Source: an uncultured SAR86 cluster bacterium
GTDB taxonomy: Bacteria; Pseudomonadota; Gammaproteobacteria; Magnimaribacterales; D2472
Assembly: GCA_902541245.1 (NCBI GenBank)
Contig: CACBPT010000002.1
Location: 11,197 to 75,196 of the forward strand
Length of the DNA stretch: 64,000 nt
Direction: 5' to 3'
Shown: one piece after another, positions 26,700 through 36,379 of the stretch
Layout: each line of letters opens with the position of its first letter
Numbering within the stretch: position 1 is the first letter of the stretch
Notes under the pieces: generated by a model
The model's database searches: none
What the model was told of the DNA's origin: nothing
What the model saw: the letters and a program-made list of their open reading frames with translations, nothing else
Program-made: the position numbers and the translations under genes

Positions 26700-27980
26700 T
26701 TATTTCTTCTTACCATTGCCATTGCCGCTCTTCATGGCAGTAAAGAATTCATCATTTGTTTTTGCAGACTTAAGCCTTTCTATCAAGAATTCAATTGCTT
26801 GAGAATCTTCCATATCATCAAGAATTTTTCTCAAAATAAACATTCTTTGCAATTCTTCCGGACTGGTAAGAAGGTCCTCTCTTCTGGTCCCTGAACGTCT
26901 AATGTTAATTGCAGGATAAATTCTTTTTTCTGCAATTTTTCTTTCGAGGTGAATTTCCATATTTCCAGTTCCTTTAAACTCTTCATAAATTACTTCATCC
27001 ATTTTTGAACCAGTTTCAACTAAAGCAGTCGCAATAATTGTAAGACTTCCGCCCTCCTCAAGATTTCTTGCTGCACCGAAAAATCTTTTTGGTCTCTCAA
27101 GAGCATTTGAATCAACTCCTCCTGAAAGAATTTTTCCTGAAGCAGGTTGAACGGAATTGTATGCCCTGCCTAACCTTGTAATAGAATCTAGTAAAATTAC
27201 GACATCTTTTTTATGCTCGACAAGCCTTTTTGCTTTCTCTATTACCATATCTGCAACTTGAACATGTCGAGTTGGTGGTTCATCGAATGTACTTGCAACA
27301 ACCTCTCCTCTCACAGTTCTCGACATATCTGTAACTTCTTCTGGACGCTCATCAATCAACAAAACAATTAACTCAACTTCAGGATTATTCTTAGTGATTG
27401 AATGGGCAATACTCTGAAGCATTAATGTTTTACCTGCCTTTGGTGGTGAAACAATCAATCCGCGCTGGCCTTTGCCGATGGGAGATGCTAAGTCAATAAT
27501 TCGTGATGAGAGATCTTCGGCTGAACCACTGCCTTGCTCAAGCGTTAAACGAGCAGTTGGAAAAAGTGGAGTAAGGTTCTCAAAGAGAATTTTTTTCTTT
27601 GTTTTCTCTGGAGCCTCTTTATTAATCGTATCGATATAGACTAAAGCAAAGTATCTCTCACTATCTTTTGGAGGTCTTATTTTTCCATGAATTTCATCAC
27701 CTTTTCTAAGGCTAAATTTTCTGACCTGACTTGGAGATACGTAAATATCATCAGGACCAGCGCAATAGGAGCCCTCAGGAGATCTTAAAAATCCAAATCC
27801 ATCGTTTAATATTTCCAGCACTCCTCCACCAAAAATATCAACGCCCTCTTTTGCTTGTTTTTTGAAAATGCGAAATATAATTTCTTGTTTTTTTAATCTG
27901 CCTACATCTTCAATGCCAAGATTCTCGGCAATTTCAACCAACTCATTGATTGGTTTGGCTTTCATTTCAGTTAAGTTCAT
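26700..27980 (-). CDS. rho: Transcription termination factor Rho
   Basis: [24 protein letters not shown] and [10 protein letters not shown]. Confidence 0.99.
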   Translation of the reverse strand: MNLTEMKAKPINELVEIAENLGIEDVGRLKKQEIIFRIFKKQAKEGVDIFGGGVLEILNDGFGFLRSPEGSYCAGPDDIYVSPSQVRKFSLRKGDEIHGKIRPPKDSERYFALVYIDTINKEAPEKTKKKILFENLTPLFPTARLTLEQGSGSAEDLSSRIIDLASPIGKGQRGLIVSPPKAGKTLMLQSIAHSITKNNPEVELIVLLIDERPEEVTDMSRTVRGEVVASTFDEPPTRHVQVADMVIEKAKRLVEHKKDVVILLDSITRLGRAYNSVQPASGKILSGGVDSNALERPKRFFGAARNLEEGGSLTIIATALVETGSKMDEVIYEEFKGTGNMEIHLERKIAEKRIYPAINIRRSGTRREDLLTSPEELQRMFILRKILDDMEDSQAIEFLIERLKSAKTNDEFFTAMKSGNGNGKKK

Positions 27981-28046
27981 AAATTTTCTCTGGTTTTTTG
28001 GAATTAAGTGTTGATTTGATGGGTAGCTATTAAGCTAGGAGAGAAA

Positions 28047-28075
28047 ATGATAATTCGTTTTCCCGCAAGATGCAA
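28047..28075 (-). promoter_or_regulatory. Putative sigma70 promoter of rho
   Basis: TTGCAT-17 bp-TATCAT in the trxA-rho gap. Confidence 0.6.
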
Positions 28076-28079
28076 AGTT

Positions 28080-28406
28080 TTAAATTTCTGCTGCTATAAA
28101 TTCCTCCAATTGTTGCTTACTGATCGCCCCTATTTGTGTAGATGATACTTCACCATTTTTAAATATTATAAGTGTTGGAATTGACCTAACACCATATTGA
28201 ACAGCTAGTTCTTGATTAGAATCAACATCCATTTTGCAAACTTTAACTGAGCCAACCATTGCATTAGCAACTTCTTCTACAGTTGGTGCTAGTTGTTTAC
28301 ATGGTCCACACCATTCAGCCCAGAAATCAACTAAAACCGGTTGCTCAGAGTCAATAACCTCTTGATTAAAATTTTCAGAAGTCAGCTCTTTAACATTTTC
28401 ACTCAT
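28080..28406 (-). CDS. trxA: Thioredoxin; start revised to MSENVKEL
   Basis: WCGPC; ATGA overlap with the hemB stop; trxA-rho synteny. Confidence 0.96.
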   Translation of the reverse strand: MSENVKELTSENFNQEVIDSEQPVLVDFWAEWCGPCKQLAPTVEEVANAMVGSVKVCKMDVDSNQELAVQYGVRSIPTLIIFKNGEVSSTQIGAISKQQLEEFIAAEI

Positions 28407-29395
28407 GAATTTAGCTCCACCGCTATTTGTTTTGCAGCATAGCTGAGAATGGCATTTGCACCAGCTCTTTTGCAACACATTAAAGATTCTAGCATAACAT
28501 CTTTATCAAGCCACCCTTTCTCAATGCTCAATTGAAGCATTGAATATTCTCCGCTAACTTGATAAACAAAAGTTGGGACCTGAAATTTTGATTTAATTGA
28601 ATGCACAACATCAAGATAAGCAGTTCCAGGTTTAACCATTACTATATCAGCTCCTTCTTCTATATCCATCCCTACTTCATGAAGAGCTTCATCGAGATTT
28701 GCAAAATTCATTTGATATGTTTTCTTCGAAGCCTTACCTAGATTTGCAGCTGATCCAACGGCCTCTCTGAATGGACCATAAAAACTAGAAGCATATTTGG
28801 CAGCATAAGATAAGATAATCGTATCAAAAAATTTATTCGATTCTAAGGTATCCCTAATAGCCTTTATTCTTCCATCCATCATATCTGATGGAGCTATAAT
28901 ATCAGCGCCAGATTGCGCTAACAGCAAAGCTTGATCTTGCAGTAATTTAACAGTTTCATCATTCTCGACCCTTCCATTCATCAAAAGTCCGTCGTGCCCA
29001 TGATCTGTATATGGATCAAGTGCAACATCTGCAATTTTAATAATGTCTGGAAATCTTTCTGCTAAGCCAGTTAATGCTAAACATACTATATTGCTTTCAT
29101 CTAATGCGTATGATCCATCTTTATCTTTTTTGCCTGCATCAATTGCGGGAAAAATGGCGATTGATTTAATTCCTACTTGGGTTAGTGCTTCTACCTCGAA
29201 GTACAAAGAATCTAAATTATGCCTATGTATCCTAGGCATAGATGGTATTTCAATTTTATCTTCAGATTGATCGGCTATAAAAATTGGTTGAATTAGATCG
29301 TCAGTGTTTAAATTATTCTCAGCAATTAAGTCTCTTAAAAAACTTTTTGCGCGAGTTCTGCGCAACCTTGTTTGAGGATATGTTCTTTTAATCAT
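28403..29395 (-). CDS. hemB: Porphobilinogen synthase (Zn-independent type)
   Basis: DVALDPYTDHGHDG, SDMMDGR, FYGPFREA, MVKPG and YQVSGEY. Confidence 0.97.
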   Translation of the reverse strand: MIKRTYPQTRLRRTRAKSFLRDLIAENNLNTDDLIQPIFIADQSEDKIEIPSMPRIHRHNLDSLYFEVEALTQVGIKSIAIFPAIDAGKKDKDGSYALDESNIVCLALTGLAERFPDIIKIADVALDPYTDHGHDGLLMNGRVENDETVKLLQDQALLLAQSGADIIAPSDMMDGRIKAIRDTLESNKFFDTIILSYAAKYASSFYGPFREAVGSAANLGKASKKTYQMNFANLDEALHEVGMDIEEGADIVMVKPGTAYLDVVHSIKSKFQVPTFVYQVSGEYSMLQLSIEKGWLDKDVMLESLMCCKRAGANAILSYAAKQIAVELNS

Positions 29396-29400
29396 TTAAG

Positions 29401-31062
29401 TTAATCAGTAATAGCGCCTTTAGAAGCTGATTGAACAGTCTTTTTATATTTTGCTAGTACACCACTTTTTGGGGACGAATTAGGATTTTTCCATAAATCT
29501 GCTCTTTTTTTCATTTCATTTTCAGAAATATTGAGTTCTAAAATATCCTTATTTGCGTCAATGGTAATCTCATCTCCATCTTCTATTAGAGCAATAGGGC
29601 CACCTAATTCTGCCTCAGGACTTATATGACCAACTACAAAACCATGAGTACCACCTGAAAATCTTCCATCAGTAATAAAAGCAACTCTATCTCCCAAACC
29701 CTGTCCCATGATTGCAGATGTTGGCTTAAGCATTTCTCTCATGCCAGGACCACCTTGGGGACCCTCAAACCTTATAACAACAACATCTCCATCTTTAATC
29801 TTCTTATCAAGAATTGCTGTCATTCCCTCTTCCTCAGAATTAAAGACTCTGGCATTTCCAGTGAAAACAGTCCCTTCTTTGCCAGTAATTTTTGCTACGG
29901 CTCCTTCTGGAGCTAAATTTCCGTAAAGCACCCTTAGGTGACTTGAATCCTTTACGGGATTATTCAATGGCATGATAATCTTTTGATTGCTAGGATAAGG
30001 ATTTACATCCTTGAGATTTTCTTCTAATGTTTTACCAGTTACGGTCATGCAATCTCCATGCAAAAGATTATTATCAAGCATAGTTTTCATCATGGGAGTA
30101 ATTCCACCTATTTCGTTTAATTGAGACATAAAGTGATCGCCAAAAGGTTTAATGTCTGCTAATACAGGAGTCACTTTTCCAATCCTAGTAAAATCATCTA
30201 GATCTAAGTCAACGCCTATGCAATGAGCAATTGCAATGAGATGTAAGACAGCATTTGTTGATCCTCCAAGCGCAATTACAACTGCTATAGAATTTTCAAA
30301 AGCTTTTTTTGTCATGATATCACTTGGTTTTAAATCAAGATCAAGTAAACGTTTTATTGCTTCCCCAGCATTTTGACAATCTACTTTTTTATCATCAGAC
30401 ACTGCATCCTGACTGCTACTTCCTGGCAAACTCATCCCCAATGCTTCAATGCTTGATGCCATGGTATTTGCTGTATACATACCTCCACAAGATCCTGGTC
30501 CCACGACTGAAACTTCTTCAATAGCTATTAGCTCATCCTCAGTTATATCTCCTTTTGCATATTCGCCAACTTTTTCAGAAACTGTTACATAATCTGTATT
30601 TATAGAACTTGGCCGAATGGATCCTCCATAGATGAAAATTGAGGGTCTATCTAGTCTTGCTAATCCCATAAGTGCTCCAGGCATATTCTTATCACACCCA
30701 CCGATTGCAATAACTCCATCATAACCAAGGCATCCAACAACAGTTTCAATTGAATCTGCAATAACTTCCCTAGAAACTAATGAAAATTTCATACCTTGTG
30801 TACCCATAGATATCCCATCAGATACAGTAATAGTATTAAAAAGAACTCCTTTGCATCCCGATGCATCTATTGAGCTTTCAACGAGATCAGCTAGCTCATT
30901 GATATGCATATTACAGGGTGTGACTTTTGACCAAGTCGAAGCAATGCCAACTAATGGTTTTGAGAAATCAGCTGTTTCAAAACCAACACCTCTAAGCATT
31001 GATCGAGACGCGGCCTGAAAGGGTCCGTCTACTAAATTCCTTGAATGTTTTCTATTAGACAT
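29401..31062 (-). CDS. ilvD: Dihydroxy-acid dehydratase
   Basis: [30 protein letters not shown] and TDGRFSGG. Confidence 0.97.
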   Translation of the reverse strand: MSNRKHSRNLVDGPFQAASRSMLRGVGFETADFSKPLVGIASTWSKVTPCNMHINELADLVESSIDASGCKGVLFNTITVSDGISMGTQGMKFSLVSREVIADSIETVVGCLGYDGVIAIGGCDKNMPGALMGLARLDRPSIFIYGGSIRPSSINTDYVTVSEKVGEYAKGDITEDELIAIEEVSVVGPGSCGGMYTANTMASSIEALGMSLPGSSSQDAVSDDKKVDCQNAGEAIKRLLDLDLKPSDIMTKKAFENSIAVVIALGGSTNAVLHLIAIAHCIGVDLDLDDFTRIGKVTPVLADIKPFGDHFMSQLNEIGGITPMMKTMLDNNLLHGDCMTVTGKTLEENLKDVNPYPSNQKIIMPLNNPVKDSSHLRVLYGNLAPEGAVAKITGKEGTVFTGNARVFNSEEEGMTAILDKKIKDGDVVVIRFEGPQGGPGMREMLKPTSAIMGQGLGDRVAFITDGRFSGGTHGFVVGHISPEAELGGPIALIEDGDEITIDANKDILELNISENEMKKRADLWKNPNSSPKSGVLAKYKKTVQSASKGAITD

Positions 31063-31064
31063 AA

Positions 31065-32663
31065 TTAAACAGTTGAATAACGCAATGCTGCATTAAGAAG
31101 TTTATCAGTATAGACTTCTTCTGGGTTTGAGAAAACTTGTTTTGCTGGTCCTGACTCAACAATGTATCCATTTTGCATCACAAATATGTAATCCGACATT
31201 GATTGAACAACCTTCAAGTCGTGGCTAATAAACAAGTAAGTCATTTTAAAGTCTGTTTGAATATTCTTTAAAAGCTCAATTATCTGCATTTGAATTGATC
31301 TATCTAGTGCAGAAGTAGGCTCATCTAAAATCATAAATGATGGATTTAGTATTAAAGACCTGGCAATTGCAATTCTTTGCCTTTGTCCACCTGAAAATTC
31401 GTGAGGATATTTAAATCTATCGTCTGGATTAATCTCAACTGACTTCAAAGCTTCAGCAATACGTTCGTCTTTTTGATTTTTTTTAAGATTAAAGTGAACG
31501 TCAAGGCCTTCACCAACTATCTCTCCTATTGTCATTCTTGGTGAAAGAGACCCATATGGATCTTGAAATACAATTTGAATATCTTTTTTGATTAATTTTG
31601 ATTCTCTTGAATTTAATTGACCGATATTACGACCTTCAAAAAGAACTGAACCTTTGAAATCAATCAGTCCTGCTAAAGCTTTCCCAAGTGTTGATTTACC
31701 AGATCCAGACTCGCCAACTAATCCAATTGTTGATTGTCTTGGTATAGAAAAATTCACATCTTTAACAGCATGAAAGAATTCTTTCTTAAAAAAATTTTTG
31801 TTTGGTAAAGGATAAAAAATATTCAGATCCTTAACATCAATAAATGATTTTTTTTCAGTTAATGTCTCTTTTTTTGCCTTCGGTTCTGAATCAATAAGTT
31901 TTTTTGTATAGGCATGTTGCGGACTTGAAAAAACAGTCTTTGTATCTCCCTGCTCCACAACCACTCCATCCTGCATTACTGTAATAGTGTCAGAAAATTT
32001 TTGAATTAATCCTAAATCATGAGTGATGAATAATATTGACATTCCTATTTCATTTTTTAACTTGATCATTAAGTCTAATATTTGAGCCTGGATTGTTACA
32101 TCAAGTGCAGTAGTTGGTTCATCAGCAATTAGTAATTTAGGTTTGTTTGCAAGGGCCATGGCAATCATAATTCTCTGCCGCTGACCACCAGAAAGCTCAT
32201 GTGGATATGAGTCGAACCTTCTATCAACATCCGGGATCTCAACCAAACCCATTAAATTTTTTGCCTCTAAAATAGCATCATGCTTGTATTGTTTTTTATG
32301 CAATAAAATAGATTCTACAATTTGATCTCCAACTTTATGATATGGATTAAGTGAAGTCATTGGTTCTTGAAAAATCATTGAAATCTTATTCCCTCTAATC
32401 TTTCTTAAAGATTTTTTATTAGCACTTAGTATTTCCTCACCATCAAATTCAATTGATGATTTCTCTCCATATGATGCCTTAGGCTCTTGAAGCAAGCGCA
32501 TAATTGACATTGCTGTAACTGATTTGCCAGACCCAGATTCTCCAACTAAACCAACAATCTGATTTTTTTCAATCAGCAAATTAAAGTTCTTCACTGCAGA
32601 AAATTTACTTTTTCTAACTTGAAAATTTACGTACAAATTTGAAATTTTAAGTAAAGGAGTCAT
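31065..32663 (-). CDS. Peptide/nickel-type ABC transporter fused dual ATPase (YejF-like)
   Basis: Two cassettes, each with GESGSGKS, (L/F)SGGQRQR and DEPT. Confidence 0.9.
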   Translation of the reverse strand: MTPLLKISNLYVNFQVRKSKFSAVKNFNLLIEKNQIVGLVGESGSGKSVTAMSIMRLLQEPKASYGEKSSIEFDGEEILSANKKSLRKIRGNKISMIFQEPMTSLNPYHKVGDQIVESILLHKKQYKHDAILEAKNLMGLVEIPDVDRRFDSYPHELSGGQRQRIMIAMALANKPKLLIADEPTTALDVTIQAQILDLMIKLKNEIGMSILFITHDLGLIQKFSDTITVMQDGVVVEQGDTKTVFSSPQHAYTKKLIDSEPKAKKETLTEKKSFIDVKDLNIFYPLPNKNFFKKEFFHAVKDVNFSIPRQSTIGLVGESGSGKSTLGKALAGLIDFKGSVLFEGRNIGQLNSRESKLIKKDIQIVFQDPYGSLSPRMTIGEIVGEGLDVHFNLKKNQKDERIAEALKSVEINPDDRFKYPHEFSGGQRQRIAIARSLILNPSFMILDEPTSALDRSIQMQIIELLKNIQTDFKMTYLFISHDLKVVQSMSDYIFVMQNGYIVESGPAKQVFSNPEEVYTDKLLNAALRYSTV

Positions 32664-33686
32664 TTAAATAAAATTTTTGTAGGATTTAATAATATCTAGC
32701 GCAGCAATTTTTGCTGACTTCAGTGCGGTTAGATTAACAAAACCATGAATAAGATGAGGATAATGAATTTGCTCCACATAATTTCCTGAGTTATTAATCT
32801 GCCTCGCATAAGCTTCGCCTTCATCACACAGAGGATCAAATCCTACTGTTATAATCAATGTCTTTGGCAATGCAACATCTGGATCAATAGTTAAGTTAAA
32901 AGTTGGATCGGCATGATTACTATCTGATGCCATAAGCTGCTTCCAAAACCAAATCATAAAATTCTGACCTAAAAAAAAGCCTTTGCTAAACTCGACTTGT
33001 GATTTTGAATTACATAAGGGATCTGTCATTGGATATATTAAACATTGAGAATGAGGAAGCTCAAAATTATTAAGAGATCTATATGTTGATAAAGAAGCTG
33101 CTAAGTGCCCTCCGGCACTGTCTCCGCATAAACTAATTTCAGAAATAGGGATGTTTTTTTCTTTAGAGATCCATTCAATAGCAGAATTAGCATCCTCTAG
33201 GGCTAATGGGAATTTATTTTCCGGTGCCAATCTGTATTCTAGAGAAAAAACCCTAGCCTTTAAGTTAGATGAAAGCAATTTAACCCATGCATCATGGGTA
33301 TTAACGCTTGAAACAACATATCCTCCTCCATGAAAATATAAAATTATTGTATTAGATTCTAATTTTTCGGGAAGGTATTCCCTGATCATCAGAGTACCCC
33401 AATCTTTTTCAATACAATAATCAATGGTTTTAATATGCTCCCTAGGTTTTGCATTCAGTGGCAAATCAGATCTACCATTTTCAACCTTTTCTCTTAAGTC
33501 TTCTACTGAATTATGAGAATCCGGATCCTCAAATGAATTATTTTGCAATGAAAGGAGGCCAAGAAATATTTGTGTTTGATAATCTAGTATTTGATTATTA
33601 ACTATAATTTTTTTCTGCAAAGTAAGACATTTTAAAAGCCAAGTTGGAAGAGCAAAAAAAATCTTTAAAAATATTTTTATAATCAC
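32664..33686 (-). CDS. Alpha/beta hydrolase, HSL (family IV) esterase/lipase
   Basis: HGGG, YRLAPE, GDSAGG, DPLCDE and HGF. Confidence 0.92.
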   Translation of the reverse strand: MIIKIFLKIFFALPTWLLKCLTLQKKIIVNNQILDYQTQIFLGLLSLQNNSFEDPDSHNSVEDLREKVENGRSDLPLNAKPREHIKTIDYCIEKDWGTLMIREYLPEKLESNTIILYFHGGGYVVSSVNTHDAWVKLLSSNLKARVFSLEYRLAPENKFPLALEDANSAIEWISKEKNIPISEISLCGDSAGGHLAASLSTYRSLNNFELPHSQCLIYPMTDPLCNSKSQVEFSKGFFLGQNFMIWFWKQLMASDSNHADPTFNLTIDPDVALPKTLIITVGFDPLCDEGEAYARQINNSGNYVEQIHYPHLIHGFVNLTALKSAKIAALDIIKSYKNFI

Positions 33687-33708
33687 TTTATCTTTTTATA
33701 ATGCATCT

Positions 33709-34122
33709 ATGAAATCAAAAAAATTATTATACTCGTTTGTTTTTCTATCCGGATTTATATTTAGTAATCTACTATCTGAAGAAACAGATTTACTAAGTGT
33801 TAATGATGCGTTTATATTTAATACAGAAATAAAAGAAAACAAAATTATTGCATCATGGGAAATAAAGCCAGGTTATTACCTTTATAAAAAATCAATTTTA
33901 ATTCAAGATGGTAATAAATTGCTAAAGCATAGGTTCATAACAAAAAATGAATTAAGGGTAGTTGATGAATTTTTTGGAGAAACTCTTATTTTAAAAGACT
34001 TTTTGAAGGTTGATGCTGAGCTTTTAAGTGATGATAAAAGTTTGTTTAGCAACATAAAAATAGGTTATCAGGGTTGTGCTGAAGGTAAATATTGCTATCC
34101 AAAAATACTAAAAAGTCTTTAA
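33709..34122 (+). CDS. Stand-alone DsbD N-terminal (alpha) domain protein
   Basis: Signal peptide, WEIKPGYYLYK, DEFFG and YQGCAEGKYCYP; occupies the usual dsbD position upstream of aroQ-accBC. Confidence 0.82.
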   Translation: MKSKKLLYSFVFLSGFIFSNLLSEETDLLSVNDAFIFNTEIKENKIIASWEIKPGYYLYKKSILIQDGNKLLKHRFITKNELRVVDEFFGETLILKDFLKVDAELLSDDKSLFSNIKIGYQGCAEGKYCYPKILKSL

Positions 34123-34164
34123 ATTCGTTTAATTTCATGAAAAAACACTATAAAATCTTTTAAA

Positions 34165-34605
34165 ATGAAAATACTAGTCATACACGGTCCAAATTTAAAT
34201 CTACTTGGTTTAAGAGAGCCTGACGTTTATGGCTCAACTACAATGGAAGAAATTAATCAAGGTTTACTCGATGTAGCAAATTCTAATGATATTGAGATTG
34301 AAGCTTTTCAGAGTAACGCAGAGCATGAAATTGTTACTAAGCTTCAAGAGTCAATTGACCAAATAGACTATATTATTATCAATCCAGGAGCTTTAACTCA
34401 TACTAGTATTGCAATTCGGGATTGTTTGCTTGGTATCGGAGTTCCATTTTACGAAGTTCATATATCTAATATTTTTGCAAGAGAAGAGTTTAGACATAAA
34501 TCTTTTTTTTCAGATATTGCGAGAGGCGTTATTTGTGGACTTGGAACACAGGGGTATGAACTTGCATTGAGTCACATTATTAAGAGTTTTCAGGATAAAA
34601 AATAA
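34165..34605 (+). CDS. aroQ: Type II 3-dehydroquinate dehydratase
   Basis: GPNLNLLGxREPxxYG, NPGALTHTS and EVHISN. Confidence 0.97.
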   Translation: MKILVIHGPNLNLLGLREPDVYGSTTMEEINQGLLDVANSNDIEIEAFQSNAEHEIVTKLQESIDQIDYIIINPGALTHTSIAIRDCLLGIGVPFYEVHISNIFAREEFRHKSFFSDIARGVICGLGTQGYELALSHIIKSFQDKK

Positions 34606-35036
34606 TGGATATTCGAAAGATTAAGAAATTAATTGAAATGCTTCAAGAATCTGATCTAAGTGAAATTGAAATTCAAGAAGGTGAGGATTCAGTTAGGATT
34701 TCTAGAGGAAGCACGAAACCCATAGAGGTTCAATCAGTGCCTATTGAATCCACAAAAGTAGATATATTATCTAGAAATAATGATGCTGCTGAAAATAGTT
34801 CAGGCTCATCTATAAAATCACCAATAGTAGGAACTTTTTACAGAAAGCCTGCGCCAGAAAAACCTCCTTTTGTTGATATTGGAAGTCATGTGAATGCTGG
34901 AGATGTTGTTTGTATAGTGGAAGCAATGAAAATGATGAATGAAATAAAATCAGAATTTACTGGTCAAGTTACCGCGATTAATGTTGAGGACGGCTCGCCA
35001 GTTGAATTTGATCAATCTCTGATAGTCATAGATTAA
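34605..35036 (+). CDS. accB: Acetyl-CoA carboxylase biotin carboxyl carrier protein
   Basis: MDIRKIKKLIE, SPIVGTFY and EAMKMMNEI. Confidence 0.97.
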   Translation: MDIRKIKKLIEMLQESDLSEIEIQEGEDSVRISRGSTKPIEVQSVPIESTKVDILSRNNDAAENSSGSSIKSPIVGTFYRKPAPEKPPFVDIGSHVNAGDVVCIVEAMKMMNEIKSEFTGQVTAINVEDGSPVEFDQSLIVID

Positions 35037-36379
35037 TGTCAAAAAAAATTTTAATTGCCAATCGAGGAGAAATTGCTCTGCGAGCTCTAAGGGCCTGCAA
35101 AGAACTAGAACTTCAAACTGTTGCAATTCACTCCTCTGGAGACAAAGAACTTAAGCACTTAAGATTAGCAGATGAAACTGTTTGTGTTGGACCCGAAAAT
35201 CCACTTGAAAGCTACTTAAATATTCCAGCAATTCTTTCAGCTGCTGAGTTATCAGGTGCAAATGCAATATATCCAGGATATGGCTTTCTTGCTGAAGATC
35301 CTGATTTTTCAGAGAGATGCGAGGCCAGTGGTTTTATTTTTATAGGACCCTCTTCAAATGTTATCCGAAAAATGGGAGATAAAATTACTGCAAAGGATCT
35401 TGCAGAAGATTCAGATATCCCAACGGTACCGGGCTATAAGGGTGAAATGCCTGATAATGATGAGGATATAAAAAAAATAGCCAAAAATGTTGGTTATCCT
35501 CTCATGATCAAAGCATCAGCCGGAGGAGGTGGAAGAGGAATGAGAGTTGTGCATGATGAGTCAACGCTAATTTCCTCTATACAACTTACAAGACAGGAAG
35601 CAAAGAATGCTTTTGGAAATGATACCGTGTATTTTGAAAAATTTATCAAAAATCCAAGGCATATAGAAGTTCAAATCGTTGCTGACGGAAAAGGTAGTGC
35701 TATACATCTTGGAACGAGAGATTGCAGCATGCAAAGAAGGCATCAAAAGATTATAGAAGAGGCTCCTGCTCTTGATGTTAATGAAGACTCTCTGACTGAA
35801 ACATTAGAAGCATGTTTAAGGTTATGTAAAAATATTGACTACTCAGGTGTTGGAACTCTGGAATTTCTCTATGAGAATGAAAGATTCTATTTCATCGAGA
35901 TGAATACAAGAATACAGGTTGAGCATCCTGTATCAGAAATGATTACTGGATTTGATATTGTAAAGGCGCAATTAAAAATTGCTCTTGGTATACCAATAAC
36001 TCTTGATCAAAAAGAAATTATTGTTCGGGGTCATGCAATTGAATGCAGGATTAATGCTGAGGATCCTGAAACTTTTGTACCATCACCTGGAGTTATTAGT
36101 AAAATGCATCCGCCTGGTGGATTTGGGGTGAGATTTGATTCTCACATTTATTCAGGATATAAGGTGCCCCCATACTATGACTCTCTACTTGCAAAAATAA
36201 TTACAACTGCAAACACCAGAAAATCATGCATTAAAAGAATGTTAAGTGCCTTAGACGAATTCTTTGTAGAGGGCATAAGCACTAATCATTCTTTGCATCA
36301 AAAGCTCTTAAAAGATGAGATATTCTGTCAGAATAAACACAATATTAATTATCTTGAAGAATCCTTTATAAAGAAATGA
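35036..36379 (+). CDS. accC: Biotin carboxylase
   Basis: ANRGEIA, GGGGRGM, RDCSMQRRHQK and EMNTRIQVEH. Confidence 0.97.
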   Translation: MSKKILIANRGEIALRALRACKELELQTVAIHSSGDKELKHLRLADETVCVGPENPLESYLNIPAILSAAELSGANAIYPGYGFLAEDPDFSERCEASGFIFIGPSSNVIRKMGDKITAKDLAEDSDIPTVPGYKGEMPDNDEDIKKIAKNVGYPLMIKASAGGGGRGMRVVHDESTLISSIQLTRQEAKNAFGNDTVYFEKFIKNPRHIEVQIVADGKGSAIHLGTRDCSMQRRHQKIIEEAPALDVNEDSLTETLEACLRLCKNIDYSGVGTLEFLYENERFYFIEMNTRIQVEHPVSEMITGFDIVKAQLKIALGIPITLDQKEIIVRGHAIECRINAEDPETFVPSPGVISKMHPPGGFGVRFDSHIYSGYKVPPYYDSLLAKIITTANTRKSCIKRMLSALDEFFVEGISTNHSLHQKLLKDEIFCQNKHNINYLEESFIKK

